Source of the DNA: Monocercomonoides exilis PA203
Lineage: Eukaryota; Protista; Preaxostyla
DNA length: 64,000 bases
Reading direction: 5' to 3'
Assembly (NCBI GenBank): GCA_001643675.2
Contig: LSRY02000037.1
Coordinates: forward strand, 806,001 to 870,000
Under the pieces are notes generated by a model. That model had not been told where the DNA came from, searched no databases, and saw nothing but the letters and a program-made list of their open reading frames with translations. Position 1 is the stretch's first letter. Every line of letters begins with the position of its first letter. Of this stretch, positions 1-12,898 are shown piece after piece. The position numbers were made by a program, and so were the translations under genes.

Positions 1-17
1 CTTCCCCTTCTTCCTCT

Positions 18-52
<35 letters not shown>

Positions 53-1182
53 TTCCTCCTCTTCCTCCTCTTCCTCTCCCACTTCTTCCTCCCCCACCAC
101 CTCCTCTCCTCTTCCCGATCGCCGAACCACCCTTCGCTCACACAGCAGTTCCACAATCGAGGCAGTTCTGGCGCTTGTGAGAGGAGGAAGGTCAGCTCAG
201 CATTTGTATTCACTTGGATGGAAAGTGGAGGACAAGAAGTATGAGGGATATAAGAGAACAGGGAGGAGGAAGAAGATGATGGAGAAGATGGAGAAAAAGA
301 AAGAGAAAGAGAAAGAGGAGATAAAGAAAAAGGGGATGAATACGAGGAGAAAGGAGAAAGTGGAAGAGAAAGAGGAGGAAGTGAAGAAGAAAGATAAGGT
401 CAAAGGAACAAAAGGGTTGAGGAAAGATGAGAAAGAAGAGAAAAAAGATGTTAAAAATAAAATTATTGAGAAAGAAGAAGAAGAAGACAAAAAAGAAGAA
501 GTCAAACAAGATGAAGCTAAGTTACTCACTGAAAATGCAACATTCACAAGCAAAACAGCAGAAAATGATAGAAATTCAGTTGAAAGGAAACAAAACTCTG
601 AGAAAGCGACAAAACGAGGAAGAAGGAAAGATAATTCTTCTTCTTCTTCATTGCCACAACTTCAATCAAAGGAATTGCATGTAGAAACACAACCAACAGA
701 TAATAATTCGAAATCTCATTCTTCTTCTCATTTTTCTTCATCCTCTTCCTCTTCCTCTTCCTCTTCCTCTTCCTCTTCTTCTTCTTCTTCCTCTTCCTCT
801 TCTTCATCTTCATTGCCATCCACATTCACAAAGTCCACAGTAACCACACGCTCCTCCAAAAGATCTTTAACAACAGAAAAAGAAGAGGAAATAAAAGAAA
901 AAGAGGAAAAAGAATTGAAAAAAACCAGAAATAATAAAAAAAAAGAAGAAAAACTGCAAAGTTTGATAGAAAAAAGCAACAAAACCGATCTTCCTCTTCA
1001 CATTTTGAGGAGAATTGGATATGATTTTGATGTAAGCTCAATCACACAGAAGAATCATGAAGCAGAGGAAAAGAAGGAAAAACAGAAGAAAACGAAAAAT
1101 CTAACCATAAAACAAGAAGTTGTTGTTGGTGATAGTGTTAATCAAATGGATAAGGATGGAATTAATAGAGAGGAAAATACAA

Positions 1183-1214
<32 letters not shown>

Positions 1215-2666
1215 ATTGATAACAATAATGAAATTGATAAAAACAATAACAAGAAAAGAAAGAAGAAGAAGAAGAAGAAGAAGACAGAGATAAATAAAAC
1301 TGATGTGTCATCAATGGAAGATGAAATGATTGCGAAAACAAAGAGAAATGAAGATTTTCTGGTTGAATGGCCAACAAAACGGAAATATACAAGACAAGGT
1401 GAATTTAATAAGGATGATGATAATTTGGATACATCATCATCATCATCATCATCTTCTTCTTCTTCTTCCTCGTCTTCCTCTTCTTCCTCTTCTTTATCAA
1501 TTTCAAAAGAAATGGATGAAGATCAAACGATTTACACAGATCTACCAACTTCTTCTTCTTCTTCTTCAATTCAATCGAATTCTTCTGACCATTCAGATTT
1601 AACCTCCAATGATATTTCCACAGACACTAATTCTTCTTCTTCTTCGTCTCTTTTTCCGTTTAATTCGTATCTCTCTCCTCTTGTTGATTCTTTGATGCAC
1701 GCACCATTTCCAACATACAAAAATTCTTCTTCTTCTTCCTCTTCTCCTTCTCCTTCTCCTTTACCTTCTCCATCTTCCTCAACTTCCCCTTCCCCTTCTC
1801 CTTCTTTATCCACCCCGTCTTCTCCATTGATAGCTACTCCATCACCGTCTCCATCACTGTCTCCATCATCACCTTCTTTTTCCTCTTCTTCCTCTTCTTC
1901 CTCTTCTTCCTCGTCTTCCTCCTCTTCTTCTGTTTTGTCTATGCTATTTTCTTCTTCAATAAAAGCATCCCACAAATCTTCTTCTTCTTCTTCTTCCTCC
2001 TCCTCCTCTTCTTCTTCTTCTCTCTCTTCTCCTTATTCTTCTGTTTATGATGACAATTCAACTTCTTCTGAATCAAACAAAAAGAAAAAAAAGCGAAAAA
2101 GCCATTCTTTTGATTATTCCACACGAAGATCAACAAAAAAGACAAAAAAATCGAAAAAAGATAAAAATGATGCTCCTTTTTCATTTCCAGTTGTTTCTGC
2201 AAGTTCTTCTTTGCCTTCATCTTCTTCATCAACTTCTTCATCAACTTCTTCTTCTTCTTCTTCAACCTCTTCATCTTCCTCTACCTCCTCTTTGCCATTA
2301 TCATCTTTATTACAATCAACATCATCATTATTACAATCCACTTCTTCTCCTCCTTCTTCCTCTTCTCCCTCTTCTCCTTCATCATCATCCTCTTCCACTT
2401 CCCCTTCTTCTTCTTCTTCTTCTTTACCTTTCCTCTCCCCCACAGCCGCCTCCTTATCACGCTCCACATTCCCCAATCCAATCCTTGTTGCCCAACAATT
2501 CCACCTCTCCCCTTATCTCAACAAAAACACCATTCCTTCTGTAAATTCACTCAAAACCCCTTCCCTTAAACGCATTCCTGCACCTGTGATCATTTATTCT
2601 AAACCTTCCACTCCTGGTCGCAAAAAATCAGCCCGCAAGTCAAAAGGCAGGTCGCCGAAAAAATAG
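1..2666 (+). CDS. 5'-truncated low-complexity (Ser/Lys/Glu/Pro-rich) hypothetical protein
   Basis: The frame of ORF 177..2666 is open from the window start (177 is an internal GTG) and ends at TAG 2664-2666. It has poly-S, poly-K and poly-D tracts and no recognisable domain. Confidence 0.6.
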
Positions 2667-3043
2667 CGGTTAATTTTTGTGTTTTGTTCTTTTCTTTTCT
2701 TTTCTTTTCTTTCTTTATTTTTTATTAGATTTCTTATTATCTTTCACTCTCTTTATTCGGATTGAATCTCTAAAAAACACATCTTACACAGTTTAAGCAT
2801 TCTGTATATGCGCTTTTTGGAGTTTCTTTTTTTATCTCTTTTATATAAGAGATTATCATTTACAAGTTACCTGCTTCTATTTTTAAGTTTTTATCGGAAA
2901 ACATTTCCACCGTTAAGTCTTTCACTATGTTTTTTATTTAGGTATTGATCATTTTTGATTGGGCATTTTGAGGATTATTTTGAAAAGATAAAGAGTGGTT
3001 GTGAGCGATCTTCTTTTTTTGTTTTTGCTTCAAAATCTTATAA

Positions 3044-5192
3044 ATGGATAGTAGAAGGCGAAGAGATCAATCATCAAGCTCTCATTATCATCATAGAGAC
3101 GATAGGTGTGTTATTATCATAAATATATTGATTTGAAATATGGATATTTATCAAACTTGAAATTGTTTTTTATCATAATATATTTGTTTTCAAATAAAAT
3201 TACATTTATATGTCTCATGAATGCATCAAAAATTTATTTATATTCCTTTTCATATTCGTGCTTTCTTTTCTTGTTTTTTGTCTTTCATTGATAAATAAAT
3301 AATTGATTTCTTTTTCATGATTCTGATTTATTGTTAAAAGTTCGTCTTATAATAGCAGGTTTAACAAATTCTATTTTATTTTTGGAATTATTTTATTTAT
3401 GTCTTTAACTTGATTTGTTTATATCTTTTGAATTATGATACTTTTTTCAAATTCAAACGATAGATCATATTCAAAGGAAGAGTATCTATTTGGAGGACGA
3501 CTTGTTTCATATCGGGAATTTCAGCACACTGTTCCCGATGATGTATTAAACGGAGACATACCAGAGTTATACAATCAATATCGTAAAACTTTTGAAAAGA
3601 AGCAAAATGATAGATTTTTCAACAGACACAAGGAAGAGGATTGGTTTGAAATGCACAATTATTACGATCGTTATTTGAAATTATATTAATGAAAAATCAT
3701 AAACTAATTCTTTTTTTCTCAATACATCAGGTTTTACAACCGATATAACCCAACAGCTGTTGCGAAACAAAACGAAGCAAAGACCCAGCGAGTAGCACGA
3801 AACTACGCATCATTCTTTGAGAAACTTCGACAAGGCAAACCAGTGATCTACAAAGTGTACGATATTGACACCACAGCCGAAGACGAAGACGACGACGAGA
3901 AAACCGATAAAGGCGATAAAACAGAGAAAGATGACAAAGCCAGTAAGATATCAAAAACCAAATCAACCAACATCTTCAACTACTTTGATTCATTAGTGCA
4001 GCGAGATGATCACAGCGCCCTGGGATCTGACGCAGACTCACAGAAATTAGCACCCAGTCAGCTTCTCCAGCGATGGAAGCCTCGTGTTTCATCCCCTTCC
4101 TTTATAGGAACCTCTCCATTTTTTGGGTTCTATCTATCAACCGTCCCCTTGTATGTGTCAGAGAGCTGTGTGGAGACGCAGTTTATGATGATTAATGGGT
4201 ACATGGGGGTGATTACGTCAGATGGGGAATTTTCGAAAGATGGGCAGATGCATCGGAGGATGTGGGTGAGGTTTGTGAGTGAAAAGGCGGTGAGTGATGC
4301 AGTGGCGGTGGGGATGGTGAAGAAGGAGATGCTGTGGAGGAAAGGGAAAGTGGTGTTTGAGGAGCAGGAGGAGAAGGAGAAGGAGAAAGAAAGGGAGAAA
4401 GAGAAAGAGAAGGAGAAAGAAGATAAAAAGATGAAGAATGATGAAACGGATTCCGAGACTTCAGATGATGAGTATGGGAGTGGGCTGAAGAAGAGGAAGA
4501 GGAAGAATGATGGGTCTGGATATGATGGAGGCGCAGAGGGGAATTATTATGGAAGAGAAAGAGATAGAGAAAGAGAAGAAGATGAGAGGAAGAGAGATTC
4601 ATATGGAAGAGATGACTCAGAAGATTCAGATAGAGAACACCAGCCAATTGATGTGGATGCAATACAGACAAAACGAAGAGACAGATATTCTTCTTCTTCT
4701 TCTTCTTCCTCTTCCTCTTCCTCTTCCTCTTCTTCCTCATCCTCTGTTATTCGTGTTCCCCTTAATCCTCTTGTCCATCATCTTCGAGAACCTCGCTTAT
4801 TTGTAGCGCCTGGCGAGACACTGAAGAAGAAGCAGATGGAGAAAGACCTGGAAATGGCATTGGCATTGATGCATGTGATGGATAGAGAGAGAGGGGTGGT
4901 GACGAATATGATGATGCTGTTTGGGAATGGGGGGGGGGGAAGAGAAGGAAGAAGAGAAGGAGGGAGAAGAGGAAAAGAAAGAAGGAGAGGGAGAAGAAGG
5001 AAAGAAGAAGAAGAGGAGGACGAAGAAAGTGAGTGAATGGAGGCAGTTTCCATGGGGAAATATAGAGAATACATCAGTTGAAGAGGAAGAGGAAGAGAAT
5101 GAAGAAGAAGAAGAAGAAGAAAGAGAAGGAGAGAAAGAGAAAGGGAAAGGTATGGAAGAAGATAAAGAAGAAGAAGGAAACAAAGAAAAAAC

Positions 5193-5229
<37 letters not shown>

Positions 5230-7618
5230 ACTTTCACTTCATCAAGCAAGAAGAAAGGGAATTTGGATGTATCAATGAATGAGGAAGAGATTGAGCTTGC
5301 ATTGAAACTGACTCCAATGCTTAGAAATATGAACAATGGAAATGAAAACACAAATGAATCATCATCATCATCATCATCATCATTATCTTCTTCATCTTCT
5401 TCTGATTCTTCTAATTCTTCCTCTTCTTCTCCCTCTTCTTCTTCTTCCTCTTCTTCCTCCATCTCTCTTTCTCTTGCTTCTCCTTCCACATACACTCCAT
5501 TTGTGCCTTCTCTTTCTTATCTTCATACAAAACACTTCAAAAATGAAGAAGGAGAAAGAGAAAGAGAAGAAAAGAAAGAGAAAGAAGAAGAAAAAGAAAA
5601 CAAAGATGATAATGTGCCAGTTGCATTGAAGAAGGAAGAAGAAGAAGAAAGTAACAAGATGGAAAGCGAAGAGGAAGATAAAGATAAAAAAGAAGAGAAG
5701 GAAGAAGAAGAGAAAGAGAAGAAAGAAGAAGAAGAAGAGAAAGAAAACAATACAAAAACTAAAACCAAGTCCAAGTCACGCAAACTTTCTCTTCTTATTC
5801 AGAAGACGAAGGAGAGGTTAGACAGAGTCGTGACGTATTTGAGGGAAGTGCACCATTATTGCTATTATTGTGGGATCGAGTATGAGACAGAGGAAGAGAT
5901 GTGTGTGAGGTGTGGGCCTGTTCATTGCAGGATGAAGGAGGAGGAGGAGGAGGAAGGGGAGGAAGAGGAAGAAGAAGAAGAAGAGGAGGAGAAAGAAAGA
6001 GAAGAGAAGAAGGAAGAGAAGAAGGAAGGAGAGAAAGAGAAAGAGAAAGATATGGAAGAGAAGGAGAAGGAGAAAGATAAAGAAGAAAGGGAAAAAGACA
6101 ATAAAGCTTCTTCTTCTTCTTCTCAAATATGGCTGAAAGGTCTCCATTCTCTTCACACCGCTCGTTTGCAGTGCATCTCTAGTGAAGACAGCAGAGAAGG
6201 AAAAACGAATTTGGAAGAGAAAATTCAAAAGTGGATAGAGTCGAAGACGATTTGTGTGGAGGAAGGGAAGAGATACGACTGTGTGCTGTGTGCGAAGAAG
6301 TTTAGGTCAGATGTGTTTGTGGGGAAGCATTTGAGGACGAAGCATGAGGTTTGTGAGAAAGAGAAAGAGAGAAGGAGAGAGAGAGAGAGAAAGAAAGAAA
6401 GAGAAAGAAAGAGAATGAGAGAGAGAAAGAGAAAGAAAGAAAAAGATGTAATGAAACAACGCACATACATAAATAATTATGAAAAATGAAAAAAAATAAT
6501 TTTTTTTTTTAACAATTTTCTGTTTGGATATTTTATTTATTAACACTTTTCATTTGAACTTGTTTCTTCTTCTTCTTCTTCATCTTCTTCTTCATCTTCA
6601 TCATCATCATCATCATCTTCTTCTTCTTTTTTTTTTTATTTTTTTATTTTTATTTTATTTTATTTTATTTTATTTTTAATTTTATATATTTATATATTTA
6701 TTTATTTATTTTTCCATCTCTTTCTATCTTTTTTTCCCCTCCACTTCTTTTTTTTTTTTTTTTTCTCTCAATCAACAGGACATAATAGAGAAAGAAGTGA
6801 AGATTCCCTTCATCGAAGCCCAGTTCCGTCTGAACTATGAAGAAGACCCCTGGCAATTCAAACTGTCTCCTCTCAAACAATTCCATCCTTCTTCTAATTC
6901 TTCTTCTTCTTCTTCCTCCTCTTCTTCTTCATCTCATTCTTCTTCTTCCTCTTCTTATTCTTCCTCTTCTGGTTCATACACATCATCATCTTCATTATCA
7001 CCTTCATTATCTTCTTCTTCTTCTTCTTCTTTCTCTTCCTCTTCTTCTTCTTCTTCCAATTGGAGAGGAAGGGACAACAGAGGAAGAGATGAGCTTCAAA
7101 GAGTCGAGAGAAGCGGAGGAAGAATGAGAGAAGGAAGAGAAGGAAGAGATTATAAAGAGAGAGGAGACAGAATAGATAGAATGGATAGAATGGAAAGAGA
7201 AGGAAGAGAAGGAAGAGAAGGAAGTGAGTGGAGGGAGAACAGACAGAGAGAGAATGAGTGGGATAAGAGGGACAATAAGAGAGAGTGGAGAAGAGATGGA
7301 ATGAGGAAGAATTTCAATAATAACAATAATTTCAATAATAATAACAATAACTTTGGATTCAGAGAAAGAGACAGAGAAGACAGAAATGAAGGAGATTCCG
7401 ATTATCGTCGTATTACTTCTTCTTCCTCTTCTTCTTCTTCAGCAGGTGCAGGTCCCGGCAGTGAAGGAGGCAGCTTTGGAGCACATATAACTGGGAGAAC
7501 AGCAATAGACTATCGTGATTTGGATGCGCTGTCCGAAAAGGGAGTGGAGAAAGTGGCTGCAGAAGTCACTTATGATGGGTTGCCTGATTTCATGTTGCCG
7601 GATTATTCACCTATGTGA
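3044..7618 (+). CDS. SRRT: SERRATE/Ars2 RNA effector (nuclear cap-binding complex partner), multi-exon, with an apparent 1-nt frameshift in a G11 run
   Basis: Exons 3044-3105, 3464-3643, 3731-6348 and 6779-7618, joined at GT-AG introns. Splicing rebuilds HKEEDWFYNRYNP (Ars2 N-terminal motif). Also YLREVHHYCYYCG (DUF4187-like), C2H2 finger CVLCAKKFRSDVFVGKHLRTKH, NYEEDP and C-terminal IDYRDLDA. The frame changes at G run 4929-4939. Confidence 0.88.
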
Positions 7619-7879
7619 GATGAAGAATGTGAATTTTTAATTTTAAAAAGTAAAAAAAAGGAAAATTTTAATGCAATGCTTTCCAAGATTTGTTTTTAAA
7701 TAAGTGGATAAAAAATTCGCACCTTATTTCTATAACACCTCACTATTTTTCCACTTTTTTCGTATTTCATATTAATTGATTTAAATACACAACAAATTTT
7801 TCCATTTATTTCTTGAGGGCATTGATCAAAAAATAACAAACAAAAACATTGTTCTAAAACTAGAAAAAAGAAATATCCA

Positions 7880-8945
7880 ATGGATCCAGTCCTGTTGGAA
7901 GATGCATGCATAGTAGATGTATGGAAAGACAATTTGGATGCTGAAATGCAACGAATTCGAGAGATAGTTGAAACTCATCCAGTTTTGGGAATGGTACGTT
8001 TCACAAAATTATATAGTTTTTTATTTTTATATTTAATAAACGTTAAATTTTATTTAATGCTAATTTTCTTATTTTTAATAGGATACAGAATTTCCTGGAG
8101 AAGTGTACTTCCCTCCACGTTATCCAACTGGAAATTATCAATATGAAAGATTAAAAGGCAATGTTGATCGACTTAACATTATACAATTAGGACTTACATT
8201 TGCCACTCCAGAAGGGCAACTTGCAAGGCCAACTTGCACTTGGCAATTTAACTTTTTGTTTGATGTTGATGTTGATGAATCTTCTTCCGAATCAATAAAA
8301 TTGCTGACCCATGCAGGAATTGATTTGTCAAGAAACAAAACAGAGGGTATTGATCCAACATATTTTGCAGAGCTTTTAACTACTTCTGGAGTAGTATTGA
8401 ACGATGATGTTACATGGACAACTTTTCATTCCGGATATGATTTTGGCTATCTTCTCAAAATTCTAACGTGCAGCGAACTTCCTCCAACAGACAACGATTT
8501 TCGTCATCTAATGGATTTATTTTTCCCAACAATTTTCGATTTAAAAATAGTATCAGGAACAAAAAGTGGATTGAACAAACTTGCTGATGATATGAGAGTC
8601 AGGAGACTTGGAACAATGCACCAAGCAGGAAGTGACTCAATGGTTACGTGCTTAACATTCTTTAAATATGTTGAACGGGAATTACAAGGTACAATCGACA
8701 AGAAATACAATGGCAAAGTTGCAGGTTTGGGAATGGATTTGGGGATACTCGACCCAAGTTATGAATTCTATCTCGGACAGCACGGAATGGGTGTTTACGG
8801 AGGGATGGGAGCGGCAACAGGTTTTCCTGCTATCCCTGGAATGGGGCAAGCAATGGGAGCAGCAGGAGGAATGATGGGAGAAATGCATGCTCCAGGTGAT
8901 TCGAGGCAAGAGCAATGGGGTATGGGAGCGGGAAAAGGAATGTAA
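7880..8945 (+). CDS. CAF1: CCR4-associated factor 1 (DEDDh deadenylase, CNOT7/8/POP2)
   Basis: Removing intron 7994-8081 gives MDTEFPG. Motifs IIQLGLTF, TWQFNF, FAELLTTSGVVL, TFHSGYDFGYLLK and HQAGSDS are present; catalytic residues intact. Confidence 0.96.
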
Positions 8946-9193
8946 GCAACTCATCTGTCATGTTCATTTCCAACTTTTTAATTTTTCATTTCAACTATTG
9001 TAATTATACTTCTTTTTAAATCGAAAATTGTTAATTCTTCCTTTGAACAAAATTTTTTTTCATTAATTCAACAAATTGAGTTGAAGCTTATCATTAAAAG
9101 TTATTGCAATGCTTATCTTGAGTCAAACTCTCGAATATAGAAGCGAGAGTAAAATAAGTGATTCACCCTTAATTTATTTTAAAAATTGAAAAA

Positions 9194-10207
9194 ATGAAGT
9201 TCAGGGCACAGCTTCATTCAAAAGATTTTTTTTTAAGAGTTCTATCAACTCTAGAAAAAATTGGTAAAACAGCAAATCTTGTACTTTCTCCTACACTTCT
9301 TCAATTGTTTCTTGTTCCATCTGCTGCTTCTTCAATTAAAGTGAGAATAGAAATTGCTATGGAACATCTATTTACTAATGTTGTAATTCAAAGCCTTTCT
9401 GAAAATCATATATTTATGGAAATCGATGTTTCAAATCTTTGCCAAGCAATTAAATCTTGCCAAAGAGTTGATGATGTATTGCTTTCATTATCAAAAAAAG
9501 ATGGATTCCCAAACCTTTCGATTCAACTGAAACCAAGCGCCGTTTGCTATCTCATTGAATCCTTACAAAAGTTTATTCGAAAATGGACTTATTGTTTCTT
9601 TTTCTATTTTAGGATATAAAAATTACTCAAGACATACCAATTCATTTGCTGAAACGAGAAGATTTTGAACAGAGTCTCGTTTCACCGCTTACAGATTTGC
9701 CTGATGTTCAAATATGCCTCCCACCGATGAAACCTTTTTATGCTTTGATAGAAAGATATAAATCAATTGATTCATCAGTTTTACTTCTTGCCAACATGGA
9801 TGGAAAGCTTTCTGTTAAAGCGGAATCAACACAAGCATCAGCAACAACATTTTATAAAGATTTATTAAATCCTTCAACTTGTTTGTGGATATCATATTTC
9901 CATATTCTTTTCAAAAATTTGAATTTAATTATTTCTTTTCTAAGCTGATAATCCTGTACCAATGGAACCTGATCCAACAAAAATTGGACAAATAAAACTT
10001 GACATTAGAAAATTCTTGAAAATATTAAGCAGTTATCAGCTTGTTCCAAGTAATGTTGTTGCATGTGTGCAAAAAATTCATTTTATCAAATATTTATAAT
10101 TTCATTTCTTTGAAAACTCAGGTATCTTCAACGAAAAGGCTCTAGTACTTCATGTTTTATCAGAAAACCTGTATGTAATGTATGAAATTCCTCATATACC
10201 CGCGTAA
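9194..10207 (+). CDS. HUS1: Checkpoint clamp 9-1-1 subunit Hus1
   Basis: Four exons (introns 9542-9612, 9881-9944, 10065-10121). N-terminus MKFRA, ITQDIPI, PDVQICLPP, LLANMDGKLSV and terminal YEIP match the Hus1 PCNA-like fold pattern. Confidence 0.85.
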
Positions 10208-10404
10208 ATGCTTGTTCTTGGATAAGAAGTTTATCTATTTTTTTGTGTTTCACTTCACGGAATGAAAATTCCCTGTGTTTTATATAAAAATACAACAAAA
10301 TATCAAAATAACATATCTTTACATATTAATGTGACTGAGATGCAAATAGAAATTTTACACTATCTGCAAACCTTTCGGAACAGAATAAGATTTCCACATG
10401 TTTC

Positions 10405-11125
10405 TCAAAACCAGCAATGCTTATCAGATCCTCCCTGTTCTCTTGCAGACCAAGGACATCTCGCTCCCGTTTTTACTGGATTTTGGACTTTGGCTCTGTT
10501 GTAATGAGATCCTATTGGGCGAGCAACATGAGAAGAAGCTGCGAAGTGAGAAACATGCTGCTTCGATCTTTCAGAAATCGAAGGAGTAGATGTTTTTGTG
10601 AGATGAGTGGAAGCGGTAGCTGAAGTGTCAGAAGCAACTTGAGATGTGGAGGGTTGTTCAGAAGATTCGTCTTTTTGATGACTTTCTTCTGCTAATTCTG
10701 AAGGATTCAATTTGGTACGTTTTGAAGATTTATCTTCGGGACTGGAGTTCGAAGATTCTTCGTCTGAACTGGAATGAGAACGATGAGATCTTCTTTTGTG
10801 ATGTTCGGAATGATGTCGTTTCGATTTTTGCTTTCGATCCAAATTCTTACGCTCAGGTGAAGAATCATCTGAAGAATTGCTGGAATCTGAAGACGAATGT
10901 CTTTTTGATCTTGAATGATGATGAGAATGATGTTCGTGTGAATGTTTATGCTTGTGATGTGATGATCCTTTTCTTCCAGTGAATGTCTTAAGTAATTTAT
11001 GCAGCAAAGCGTCTTCAAGTTCTCTGAAAAACATCAGATAAAATATACATTTAAAAGTGTTAATAAAAATCTTCAAAAGTTAAAAGCAAAAAGAAATATA
11101 ACTTTTCACTCGATTCTTTGGACAT
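10405..11125 (-). CDS. Hypothetical His/Ser/Lys/Arg-rich protein
   Basis: ATG at 11125; intron 11102-11024 joins MSKESSEK to ELEDALLHK; ORF ends at 10405. Low complexity, and the 3' end is uncertain. Confidence 0.55.
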
Positions 11126-11230
11126 AAATTGTTTTGAAAATAATTGATTGATCAAATGAATACTAAAACCATATTAAAACAGAACAAGAGAAAATTGTGC
11201 TAAATTTCATTTATTGTAAAGGTTAAAAAA

Positions 11231-12178
11231 ATGAGTTCTTTATCAAAAGAGCTGTATGATCTCAAACAAGAAGTTAGAAGAAGCCTTGCTGAAGACGAAC
11301 AAGTAACGCCTGATATTTCAACAAAGATTAAACGAATTCTGATGCTTGAAGCAGAACTTCAAAAGAGCTTGGATTCTTCAAGTGGTCGCTCAATGCTAAA
11401 TATGTTGCAGTTTGCATTTTGTATGAAATCCTTTTCTTTGCTAATTATCTTCTTTTTTTCAAATAGAGACATGAACTCATTATCATCACAACCTAGAAAA
11501 GCAACTCCAAACATTTCGTTCATTCAGAATGTAATCGCGCAAACGATAACTTCCAGTGAGGAAAAGGTTGCTAATTTTTTTTTCATTTTTGAGTTACATT
11601 TGTTTCAGGATAAGAAAAAAGTGAAATTACATTACACAAAAGATGAAAAGAAAGAAGCACAAAAAGCATTTGAAGAACAACAAAAACGACGCAAAATTGC
11701 TGCTGCTTTAAAACTACAGGCTTTGAAAGAACGCGAAGGGATGGACACTGTGAAAGTTAATGATATCAATGATGACGAATGTACTCTTTCGAATGAAATG
11801 AAAAAAAAGAAAAGTTCACGAAGCAATCACGACCACGGCCACAGGCATCGCAGACATCATAAAAAGTCCGACAAATCAGAGAAAGATTCGAAACACAACA
11901 AGAAACGAAATATAGAGAGTGAGATAGAATCAACGGATGAAGATTCAACAAACGAAGAGAAATCAAAGACTTCGAAAAACAATCACCACCACCACCATCA
12001 TCATAGACACAATAAGCATAAGCACAAATCGAGTCGTCGAAGAATTGATTCGGATATCTCAAGCAGTTCAAGCAGCAATGAAGATAGATCTGATTCTTCT
12101 GATAGCATTGTTTCGGAGAGCGAAAAGGAAAGTGGTGAATTTTCAGAGGATGAATCTGTTCGTTCAGATTTTAAATGA
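11231..12178 (+). CDS. Hypothetical nuclear protein, N-terminus resembling the POLR1D-isoform-2-like family, with His/Ser/Lys-rich tail
   Basis: Two in-frame introns (11410-11466, 11567-11608). Pattern I..IL..EA...PNISFIQNVI resembles the PNxRFL motif of that family; this is recognition only. Confidence 0.55.
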   Translation: MSSLSKELYDLKQEVRRSLAEDEQVTPDISTKIKRILMLEAELQKSLDSSSGRSMLNMLQFAFCMKSFSLLIIFFFSNRDMNSLSSQPRKATPNISFIQNVIAQTITSSEEKVANFFFIFELHLFQDKKKVKLHYTKDEKKEAQKAFEEQQKRRKIAAALKLQALKEREGMDTVKVNDINDDECTLSNEMKKKKSSRSNHDHGHRHRRHHKKSDKSEKDSKHNKKRNIESEIESTDEDSTNEEKSKTSKNNHHHHHHHRHNKHKHKSSRRRIDSDISSSSSSNEDRSDSSDSIVSESEKESGEFSEDESVRSDFK

Positions 12179-12898
12179 AGTTGTCGAGAAATAGCGTTTA
12201 TAAACGAACGAAAAATGCATTTTTTTTTAAAAAAAAGATGAATGTAGATACTCCACTGAAATTGAAGCAATATCCAATTTTTGTGTAGTTATTGCATGGA
12301 TCTTTCAATCATTAGATATTTACGGAAACTTTGAGAATACCAACAAAAATCTATTTCCATCGACTTTCTTCTGTCAGAACGTAACAGTCGTTTTCATGAA
12401 ATTTACAAGAAAGTTTTTTCAAGATTAGCAACAAAATCAGTCTGAAACAAACAATGAGTATTCTTTTTCTATCATTTGAAAACAATCAAAGATGATGATG
12501 ATGATAACGATAAACAGAAACCACCACGAAAAAGCGAAAAAAATCTAACTTTATTGTTATTCTCCTTATTTCATAAATAACCTCTTTTGCTCATTTTTCA
12601 TTTTTGAAGCAATATTTTTATTTTTTTAATTAAAAAATACGCTTCAAAATAATTGAATATTGAATAACAAGAACATAACCAATGCATTTCTCTATGAATG
12701 GACAGCTGCATCATAAAATGTGCACATTTCAGCAAATTACATTACACATTACAACAAGACATTCTAATTTTCATTCACTTCTCGAAGCTATTTAAGGAAT
12801 GATACATCCGAATCCATTTATTAATTATCATTCATTTTTTTCCCAAAAGTATCTTCTTCTTTTTATTTTCTTTCTTTACTTTTCTTCACTTTTTTTTT

